Of a DNA stretch of 64,000 nucleotides, positions 37,737 through 48,959 are shown in pieces (the stretch's first letter is position 1; the number at the start of each line of letters is the position of its first letter). The stretch lies in NCBI GenBank assembly GCA_964187785.1, contig OZ076409.1:42718001-42782000 (forward strand), given 5' to 3'. The position numbers and the translations under genes are program-made. Below the pieces are notes generated by a model. It was not told the origin of the DNA and did no database searches. It worked only from the letters and a program-made list of their open reading frames with translations. This stretch comes from Amphiscolops sp. MND2022 (taxonomy: Eukaryota).

Positions 37737-39424
37737 TTAAAGGTCCAAATGCTTGCAAATGTTGTGGTATTTGGAGTACACTTTGTTGAGCACTGCTTCC
37801 TGGTCCTGCAAATTCATTTTCATTGGCAGCATGAGGTTCCGCATCTCTGTTTTGGCCAGTTTACCATCGACTTTGCTCAGGAGATCAATAAGACGAATCA
37901 TGCTCGCATGCAGTGGATCTCGTGGTCCCTTGAATGTTCGCATTCTTCTGTGCAACTCGTCGAGTTTGGATTCAGTCGACATTGTTGCTTTAGCATACCT
38001 TCCAGGAGCTTTTATAATTCCTGTCCTGGTCTTAACTGAGCTGAAAGAAAATGTACTACAAGTTGACAACTCATAATCTGAGTCTGTCTGGATTGGCATT
38101 AACACTTCCCTGAGGGGCTGTATCCAAATTTCCAAGAGTAACCTCGGACGCCGATGTATACAAAGGGTCTGTTGTATAGGCATCATCGTCTTCAATTGTC
38201 TTCGAACACGAAGGCTCGGGAACTTCTAGCTCGTGCGTGCTGAGGCCTTGGTGCATCAGTGGAGCCTGGTTATACCGGGATATCCATATGATCGTCTTCG
38301 ATTTGATTTTCGGCACTGTACACGGCGTCTCTGATTATGTCTCTCTGATGGGCAAGTAAGTCCTTTATTGCGTCTTCCTGCATCGGTGCGACGTAATGAG
38401 CTGCTGCTGTTTCATCGGTGTGTCCAGTGTTCGGAGACGCCATGTACAATGTGTTTTTCCACTTCTTTTGCCAGTTTTGCCACCTTTTTGAGGGTTGGGA
38501 CCTGTTCGAACCGCTTTTCTTTCCTAAGTTCGATCTCTTGATTCCGACTTTTCTTTGTTCGCTTCTGATAATCGTTAATTTCGTTCAGAATCGAAGTAAA
38601 TTGTATCCGTATTATTCAGGATCTGTGCCGTTGAAGCCATGTTATGAAGTCTTTTAGGGCAACAAGGAGCTTACTCATTGAATTTTGTGTATAGCCATTC
38701 GTTTCTTTGTACTCCTTCAGCACTGTTGCCACTCTAGCAGTGTCACGAAAGTGGTCACTCTTCGAGAACACGGCTTCAATGAAATTTCTTTTGAACTGAC
38801 TGATTTCTTGACCTTGGGCTTCTCGAATTGAATTGCAATATTCCTCCAACAATTCAGCAGATTTAGGCCCTAAATCATTTCGTTCTGACAACTCCTGTAT
38901 CTGGGGTGAAAATTCTTCATCTGATTTCTTATTTCTGACCTTCAGGATGATGTGTTGAGGGAAATCATTATTGTGTCTCCTGGGATTCGTCATCCTCAAG
39001 GGCAATTAACACACTGTGAAACTGGACCGCGGACGTTTTTAGTACAATAGAACAACATCAAGAACTTCCGGTGCTCTGATAGAAGGTTTCTTTGATCTTT
39101 GTCAAGGTGCTGTCCTATTTTTGCGACTTTTTTGCGGCAAATTGTACAGTCACGTACTGCTTCCTTCGATGTTTTTTTGTGAATTTTTCGCCGTTTGGAA
39201 GTCAAATTGGCCTGCCCATGGGTTGGTTCTTCTTCTAGAGGAACTTCAACCTGTGTAGAAGTTGCCGCCGGAAGATCAGCGGCGGGGGAGAGTTGTAGAC
39301 CGAGATCTGAGATGGTATTCAGGTCAAAAGTTGACATTTCGGCTAGTTGTCGGTCGATCATTTCCGAGGTCTCATTCCTCAAAATACCAATAACAGTTGG
39401 TTGTAATGCCTCTTCTTCGCTCAT
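37737..39424 (-). pseudogene. Second YR paralog (YR2), frameshifted, catalytic core deleted
   Basis: Collinear homology to YR1: CTICRKKVAKIGQHL/RKFLMLFY, RFEQVPTL vs RFDSVPNL, NTGHTDETAAAHY vs NTGHCEATRRKYY, FKGPRDPL vs FKGPADPL. About 150 aa carrying R, K and R are absent. Confidence 0.85.
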
Positions 39425-39966
39425 GGTAATGTATTGGAACAATTATAACCAGAAAACAATTTTTCGTTCAAATTTTTAGACCGACTGATCAGTAGGAAGC
39501 TGTAAGAGAAAATGACACCTGTCAATAATTTATTAAGTGTACACAGCGTCTCTGAAATAGAAAAAGACTCAAAATTTTCCCACCTGCTAATATTATTTGA
39601 CTCAAAGTAACTATACACGTTTGCACGTGCTAGCACTTCCTTTGAGGGGAAAATTAGAAGTAGACGCTGAAGAAAAGTTGCGGCTTCAGTCAAAAGTGTT
39701 GTTGTACAATGAGTCTCCGATTAGTCCAAAATTATACAAGTAGTCCAGGACTTTCAAAATGTCATTTTTTGAGCTTTGATGGGAACCGCCTGTTTTTTCG
39801 CTTGTGGAATACTGTTGAAATTTTGAATTTATTGGCGGGATCAAAAGTAGGGAGTTCGAAAAAAAACATAATAAAGTTTCCGTGAGATTTCTGGTACATA
39901 GGGTTTTGGGTGTTTTGGAGACTCAGTGTATACTCCGGGAAAACTTTAGGACTACGATGGATCTCC

Positions 39967-39973
39967 GATGATC

Positions 39974-40011
<38 letters not shown>

Positions 40012-40014
40012 AAT
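39967..40014. repeat. (GAT)n microsatellite, about 15 units
   Basis: Read directly from the sequence. Confidence 0.98.
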
Positions 40015-40053
40015 ATTAGTGTGATTTTCCACTTTTGCGGTATATGTATCGTA

Positions 40054-43000
40054 ATGGTGACAGGAGTCTCGACGAACTCAATCCCAACTCCAAACTTGCA
40101 GCAACCACACAGGACCCCAACTCCTGCAATCCACCAGAAAAGAGGACATTCCCAATCCGTAAACGAACTACAAATGGACGACGACATGACGGAAATCCAG
40201 AATTTGCGCACCACAATGACTGATGGAGTGATGCAACCAAAAATATTGAAAACACAAGTCCCTCTCTTCCGCGGAAACAGAGAGAAATACAATGAGTTTT
40301 ATCACCTGCTCAAAAATCATGTCCGCCCACACATGCACAAACTGACGGAAGAGCAGAAACTCAACTACTTTCAAAGCCTGCTCAGGGATGACGCCATGGA
40401 ATTCTGGCAAACAATGAAAATAACCACCTAAACGACGCTAAGAGACGTCTTGCAAGCTTTCAACAAGGAGTACGCGGAGAAAGACCTCAAAGAGGTGTCG
40501 AAATACAAATTCGACCAAACGAGGTACAACCCCACTACAGCTTCGTTTGCCGACTTCAACACAAAATACAAGAAGCTTGCAAAACAGGCGTATGGAGAAA
40601 AAGCCAACGATATTGCTGAAACATTTTTGTTTGCCAACCTACCAATCCAGATACAAAAGGAATTGGCCATGGCAGGCAAGAACGACGCAACAATCAAGAC
40701 GTTCGTGCAAGGACGCTGCCAGTAGGCGTAGATACTACCGGAACATCTGGAATGCAACCCTTAAACCAGATACAAAACTACCCTGAAAGACAACAAGGGA
40801 ACCAACAAGCCCCTACTAACAGTAAATAACGCAAGCGAAACACAAACAAAGAAGTCAAGAGGAAAATTGAAGCCAACTGCAGGTATTGCACCACTGTCGG
40901 TCACAAGAGGATCAAATGGCGAAAACGTCTCAGAGACGCGGCTAATAGAATAAATACAAAAACCTACCACATTCCACAATCAGACAACAACAATGCCCAA
41001 CCACAACAAAACAACAAACCACGATACAATGCGAAATGTGTTTGCCAGAACTGCGGGAAAGTTGTACACTATGCCCGAGATTGCAGAAATAGAGTAAAAG
41101 GTGCTTCCGCCTACCGGAACGCACCATACAAGCAGTCAACATCCGAAAACCGAGAGTTCCGACGGGATTTTAGACAGTCATAAAAATGAAACCAGACGAT
41201 GTCTCAGGTAACCCAGGAAGCAACCCAACCGACACAAACTGAAGACCACAACGACTGTTACAACGAGGAGTACAATGACGAATTCCACTCCAACTCGAAA
41301 AACCTGTAACGCCACGTCATCCTCCACTGAACCAGACTACAAATGCTCGCAACAAACTACATTCTAACAACCACTACAACTCGACGACCAGGACATCAGA
41401 ATGTCGGCAGCATTCTAAAAAACAGACTAAACCCTCTTGAAAATACTACGTACAGAAAGTTTCTCACAATAACTACCACATCCTTCCTCTAATTGGCGAT
41501 GACTACCTCGAAACCAAAACAAGAGACGAAAACATACCCTGACTAAGAGGAAAATTCAACTAACGCAAAACCGGAAAACCACACGAAAAACCACGCGAAG
41601 TAACCAATGACCATCAGACCATTGAGCGCTACCCTACAACTCGATAGAAGAAACAAGATGATCTAAGTCCCTCTACCTAGTTCAAGGAATATGAGAACTA
41701 CGGATTGCTCGACACAGGAGCATTCCAGAGCGCAATGTCTGAAAACGAACTGAGACGGATACTCCAAACAAAACCAGCCGCCCAAATCGAAGAATTTCCA
41801 ACCCCGGACTTCAAAGTCTAAGTTGCCAATGGGAGTATCGTCCCAGTAAGGAAACAGTTCTTTCTTCGTTTTTTTTATTGGGGGAATAGTTTTCGAAGAG
41901 ACATTCATGATTCTACCTAAAATGTTGAATATCCTGATAGGAATGTCCTTTTTCAGAAAATTCTTTGTGACTCTGACCTCGCAAACAACATAGTAAGATT
42001 CCCAGAGATTACCCTCCAACTCAATTGGCCAAATGGGAAATTGAAATTACAAATGTTGGATCACAGAAGACAATCATCTCAACCAGACAAAAAGTATTTG
42101 TTCCTGTGATTGCAGAAAAGGACATCGGCACAGTGACAGGCACAGTAGAAGCGTTCCCGGCCGTTGAACGTAAGACAGAATTACTAGAGTCTCAACAGAT
42201 GTCCAGATTACCAACCACCTGGACCACACCATAACAATTCCCCAAAACTCGACAGTTGCAGTATTCAAAATCCTGACTCCAAATCAAGCCTAAAACGTAC
42301 AGTCAATGACAATCGAACAACTGACCATGATCTCCAACTTTCCAGACGAAGGAGACAGTGTGATCAATCAGTTGTACCAGGACCCTGGTGCATCCAGAGA
42401 CAAACGTGGTACCCGGCACCCGAGACATGCGACGATCCTGACATACTCAACAGGAACGAGCGTCGCTTAAACGACGAAATCATCCCACTCCGAGAACCTG
42501 AATAACATGATCCCACATGTGACGACGAGCAACGACAGACGTTCCTCAAGAAATTCCGCTGTGACGATTCAATCCTCGATGAGCAGGAGCAACAGAAGAT
42601 TGAAGCACTGCTGGTCAAATACCACATGATTTTTGCACGCCATCGATTAGACATCGGTATCAATAACGATTTCAGAATCAAGTTAACACCTAAACATGGT
42701 GATTCTGTGTACGCGCAAAGTCTACCAAAGCCAACCAACCTGAAAGATGACGTACTGGAAGAACTGGCCCTCATGCAGTGATACGGGATCACGGCGACGC
42801 TTCCGTACGGTTCCGTATACTTCCCTGATATTTGCACAGTGGAAGCCACATGGCAAACTTCGGATACTAATGGACTTAAGTGGCATCAACTATCTCCTCA
42901 AGAACGACTATAATCAACACAATCACCCAGTCACAACAAAAGCAGATGCTGCTCAACAAATGGCTGGCAAGAAGTATTTCTGCAAACATGATTGCTCACA

Positions 43001-45790
43001 AGCTTACCACTGCCGCCTTCAGATGCTTTCAATCAATACAGCTTCTTGCATTCAACTTTGGCAGCTGAACCTTTGCGTACCTCCGGCTTGCTCAAGGGTT
43101 AAACATATCTTTGTCTGCGTTCAACAGTGCAATCCGACAGTACCTGCACTAGAGAAAGCAGCCAAATGTGCACAGTATGTCGACAACATCGGGATTGCTG
43201 CAAACAATGTGGATCAGCTGATAGTCAACATCGAGGCAGTATTTCAGCAGATACATAAGGCAGGACTAAAACTCTCGATGTCAAAGTGCCCCTTTGGACA
43301 CCCGAAGATCGAATTCTTGGGTCGGAGCATCACGTCTAAAGGCATCGCACCCCTCGAAGACCGCATCGACAAACTCCTCGAAATCTGAAGTTGCAAACGT
43401 TAGTCAAGTCGCTTCAACGATACATCGGATTTGTGCAGTTCTATAGACAGTACATCCCCCCGAAAGTAGGCGAAAAGTTTCTCCCACTGTACAAACTGTT
43501 GTAGGAAGAAGTCAAGTTCGCACTGACGCAAGGACACAAAGATGCGATTTTCGACATCAATGAGAATCTGGCACGAGCTGCAAAACTGTCACTCAGACTG
43601 CTACGACCCGAAAAACAACTCGTCATCATGTGTGATGCAAGCGAACACGCAGAGTGGTACGTGCTTCTCATCGAAGACTACACAGAAACCAACGAGGGCA
43701 AGAAGAAAACGTACGCATCCGTATCATTCGGTTCCCAGTGGTTAACCGAAGACCAGATGTCACTGACCATGTACGCCAAAGAGTTCCTTGAAATGCACTT
43801 CACCTTCGACTAATTTGCTGACATGTTGTGGGGAGTCAGAAATGTTACGAAAACTCCCAGAACAACAACAACTCGGTGTAATCAATACCCACAATGACTT
43901 CACCCAAATGCGATCTTTGCTGCATTCCCTCGCGAGCAACCATTATCAGCATGACGACGACCATGTCAAGATGATTCAGATCATCAGTCGTCACCTCGAG
44001 CCTGTCCTAGCAAGGAGGCTCCCTTCATCATGCTGACGAAGTTTACCCGGCGTCACTTCTCCTACACGGTAAACCAGGTATTCCCGCAAAGGGATTCACG
44101 AACAACCCAGGATCAGTTAGGTAACCAGGACGTTCAACAAGAGGTTCGCGTTTTGGTAAATAACGAACCACTGCCGAACCATGTAAACTTTGCTAGAACT
44201 TTTATCCGATAACTTGATTTTAAAAAAAAAACAGAAAACGTCATGAAGTAGTCAACAATGTTTTGTACAGGAACTTTTTTGATAACACTGGTAGAGTTCT
44301 ATTGAAACAAATCGTTGCACCTCCAAAAACTACTATGCCCAATTTCAGGACGATGCATGGGAAGTCTGGGGCATTTAAAATGTTGGTAGACCTCCAGGTC
44401 TTAGTCAGCACGTTTCAAAGTATGTAAGTAACTGTACCGAATGTATGAAAGCCAAACCTAACGACTCAAGGCGACTAATCCCCCTTTGGAGAAAATCTTT
44501 GACCCCCACAATGGCCCTGAAGACGTACTTGAGATCTATCGGGTGAGCGACTACCTATTTCCAACTGCCATACGCATATCATGACAGCGTGCGATTACCT
44601 CTCACGTTACCTGTTTGCTGTTTTGATCCGATAACCAGACACAAAATCTGTAGTGAATGCTCTCATGCAAATAAACACTGAGCATGCATATATCCCAAGA
44701 CGATCATCACTGATAAAGGCACAGTCTTTACCTCAAACATCATGACCGAAATTATGAGAACTGCTGGAATCAAAATCGAACACGCGACTGTAAAACATGC
44801 TCAGACCATTGGCATGGTGGATCGCTCCCACCAAAGATTGAAGCAGGTTCTGAAAATCAACGTTTCAGTTGACTCCCCTCAATGGGATAAGTGCGTTAAT
44901 CTGGCAGTCAAGGCACACAACACCACCTACCACAAATCACTTAACTGTACACCAAGCGAACTGTTTCACGGTAGGAATCCGTTTACCGCGCTGGACCTTA
45001 CGTTCAGCAACCCTCTGAAATACGAAACAAAAGAAGCCGACATAGCAAAACTAGTCGACCAAATGAAAGAAAAGTACAAACAGGTCAATGACAACATATT
45101 CCAAGCCTACCACACGTACAAAAGGTTTAGCGACCGTAAAGCTCAGGCGTTGCCGTTAAAAGTTAATGAGTTATCGTTCCTTCTCAACCCTAAATCACAA
45201 CTCAGTCTGACAAAATCGCATTCAACCACTTCAAATGGGAAGGCCCTATCAAGGTAGTCAACGTCTTAACTAATTTTAACTTTATAATCAGGAAAGTCAG
45301 CATTTTACGAACACAGTACGTTCACATGATGCAATTACGTCCTCTCATCTCGAACGCACCCATACCGGACATTGAAGAAAACTCAACCCTCTTTTCGCTA
45401 ACCTAACGCGGCTGACGGGTCAAGAGCTCTTCAATGACCATATTCCTCAAAATATTTGTTTTTAACCAACACCTGTACCTGACGAACGCGAAGAGATTGA
45501 TACATAACACGACACCATATATTATGAGCACGCACAAAAATTGATTGACTGAACGCAGTTACAACCGATCCACGAAAATTCTCCTCAAACTTTGGAGCAA
45601 CCACCTGACGACCCCAGCGTCAAAACAACCACAAACGACGAATACCGGGTTGAACCTGATGAAGCTGTAATAGACAATATTGAACTGACAAGCACTAGTA
45701 ACAGAACACAAGTCACGTCGCGAAACAACTGTACCCGATATAACTTGCGGTCTGAACCAAACCCCAAAACTTAACGAGTTTTTTTGTTCA
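40054..45790 (+). pseudogene. Gypsy gag-pol with many stops and frameshifts
   Basis: Gag PLFRGNREKYNEF, CCHC CQNCGKVVHYARDC, protease LLDTGA, RT DCSQAY/YVDN, RNase H MCDAS, integrase TACDY/ITDKG/MVDRSH, terminal RYNLR. Confidence 0.92.
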
Positions 45791-47604
45791 CGAACTTCAA
45801 GTCAAACCCGCCCTATCTAAAAATCAAGCTCGACAAAAAAACCAACTAAAAATTGTGTAAAAGTCCTAAACAAGCAATCGACTACTTCCTAAAGCTCAAC
45901 AAAAACCAATAGGTGACACCATCAGGTAAACGTCCTACGTTTACACCACTCATCGGATAATCACCCTTTTCCCATGTCTGATAATTCGTAGGCTCCACCT
46001 CGTATCCGATCAAAATTGACAACTTACCTGATAAATGAACTAACATACGACAAAAAAAACTCTGCTGAAAGTCAGTGACTACATGAAACCTAAATGAAAG
46101 TGTCCTGCATCTTCCTAAGGTATACATGTAACATAAATCAACACAATTAAAATTTCCACAAACACACGCCGTTGTCAACTGCCATGCTAAGTGACAGCTA
46201 CTACTCACCGTCGTCTTGCGTTCAATAATCCGAAAATTGACACTTACGAAGCACCGCACTCAAGCAAAAGCATTGATTAAAAACCAATATTTGTTGCAAC
46301 GGCGCCCACCTTTAGTCGTCAAAGAAATTCCGCAAATTTAAAAAACATGTAATCTAAAGTTAACTCGCTGGTAATTTATGCAATTCATGTAAATTCAACT
46401 ACCAACCGCGCTCAAGAGGAAATGTTCTACATTTTCTGCCACTTTACATTACTGAACGAAAATGAATACAAAACTAAGCTACAAAAGACGCTCAAATGAA
46501 ATTTATCACGACATAGCTGGTGAAGATAAGGTTAGATCTGCTAAACCCAAACCCCCACCCACAGAAATCATGGTGTCGGCTATGTGGATGCGTCGTCAAA
46601 AATGTGTCTGTGTGGTTGATTGTGCAATCGGACGAAGCTATTTGCGTGGGAAACCAGCGGTAAATGGAGTCTAAGTTAGTTTTGTAGGGTTTTTGTGACG
46701 ACAAAAACCATTCCAAAAAAAACGAACAAAAAAGTAAAAGCTTTAGACGGTGAAATACAGTCGTCACAATACAAAGGAACGAAGCACCCTACCAGAAAAC
46801 GTCATGTATACATGCAAGCGAAATATACAAACCATGTAACGACTAAATGTCAAAGACGTCAATGACACACATCACGATTGATGACGTCGCAAGACTCACA
46901 TCAACGATGATGACGTCATAACCAACGCGTCCTTTGCCGAAAATAGATGCAAATAAAAATTGTTTTACAAGCCTAACACGACATTCAGTTAGTAAACATC
47001 CGTTCGAATACACGTCTGCTGAGTATAAAAGCAAAAACTAAACTTTTCAAGCCATCTGAAGGAGTGGAGCCGCTCCACCCACCCACCAAGTTCCACCTCT
47101 GTCATATGTGTTTCAACTGGACAACGCAGAAGGGCACTTAGTGGGTGAGAGCATGTTCAATGGTAGTTGTGAAAGGGACTACTCTACCAGAAATGAAATG
47201 ACACCTGAAGCTGTGCCTCACGTTCCAACTTTTTGAATGCAGCTAAAACGTTTACATGCAAAAAGTAGTAAAAAATTATTATAATGTAGCCTACCATATA
47301 ACATGCATAGTTGCAACTCCAAACGAAAGATAAAAGTAACCCCAATAAATAATAATTCTAGCTCCTAATAATTGAGGAGCAAAACACTACAAACACATGT
47401 TCGAATAACTACAATATCAGAAAACTACCAATATAAAAAACCAATAGCAACAACACAAATAACATTGAATACAATGCAAAAAGAGTCCAAACACTATAAT
47501 GTCAAACAAAAAATCTGGAAATCAAAATAAAACACTTCCAATAACAATTCTAATAGCACTAAAATCCGAAAAAAACTTTTAAGAAGAGATGAAAACTCCA
47601 CAAG

Positions 47605-48959
47605 CTAAGGAGCATTTGTCCCGTCCTCTGAAGTTTCGCTCAAACGTGCTGCCCTTTCCCGACAACCCCTTCTGTTTAAAACATCGTCAACTTGAATTTC
47701 TTGAGAGCTAGCAATACCCGATGTCGCAGTTTTCACTGTTTTCGCCACTTTCCGTCGTCCTCGGTTCCGCATCGCTGGTGAGAAACGAGAACCGACACCT
47801 CTAGATGTACACTGACTCGCTGATTTCGCTGGAACGACGACTAAGTCTTGCAATCGTGAACCCTTCTGACCTCCGGCTGCCGAAGCACTAAGCTCCTTCA
47901 AAGTCCCTGTAAAAAGGGATTCACTGATGGTCTTCTTTGAAGGTGACTTTGGTAGAGATTGTCTCCCACTTCGTGGTAACGATACAACCTTTTCACAACT
48001 CGCCAAATGGGCACAAACACACGAACGGTATCCGTCTACAGGAATAGTCTCGACGGACAACACTTCTCTAGCCAACAGCCGTTCACACTGAGCAAACGTC
48101 TCAGCAAGTCCTCGTTTCAATAGCGGAATCCAAGGACAGCATCGTTGGTCGTGACACCTGCATATTGGTCGACTCACAATTCCGAATAAAGCCAGCTGTC
48201 GATTGACCATCTCGCCCAGAAAAATAAATAGTCAACCAACTCCGCACCAAATTGACACAAAAAATCAACTCTCCCTCTGACAACACGGTTGACTTCCCAT
48301 CCACAAAGTCTACACAATACAGACTACGTACAGCACCGCTGAACACAAGCTGTACCACATCCAGAAGTTCCGAACACCGCTGCCAGTAAGGGTAGGACAA
48401 CCACAGGTTGAAGATGTCATCAATCACAGGAACTTCATTAGACTGACTCAACCACTTTTGCCGGGAATACGAGCTCACCTCGCTATGTTGAAGTAGCACA
48501 GTTGACCCACAGTCTTCAGCTATTAGCCGATATCAAGGATAAACACGTCAATAACAACGAGTCCACCAAACGGTCTTTTGATCCACCGATTACCAGAACA
48601 GCATCGAAAGGTGCCAGGGATAGGATATCTCCTCGTTGATAATCGGTGACCAGAGCAGTACACAAGCCGCTCAAGAACTGTTGATTCTCACGGTAAACAT
48701 AAGATCGTTGAGAACTAATGTCCAAACGGAAATACTGTCCAAACAGAGCTCTGAATTTTTCTTCATCGAAAAGACACCAGTCCAGAGTACGCACTGCTAA
48801 CAAGCCTGCTATATCAGAGGCTGGAAGAACATCACTTGGAGTCTGCACTAACAAACGAAGTGCACGAATGAAGGCTGTAAACTCCCGTTGAAAGCAGACG
48901 TCACGATCTCGGAAATTCGTAAAAATACGAAAACACATGCGACAACTGAAATAACACAC
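47605..48959 (-). pseudogene. Antisense accessory ORF(s) in the Gypsy-A 3' region, function unknown
   Basis: Three overlapping or abutting ORF pieces (147, 132 and 201 aa), Cys-containing; probably one frameshifted gene. Confidence 0.55.

Noticed and set aside
34331-45790. YR plus RT as one DIRS/Ngaro retrotransposon
   Set aside because: The RT belongs to a Gypsy pol with its own protease and DDE integrase on the opposite strand, and it is separated from the YRs by a microsatellite and a PBS.
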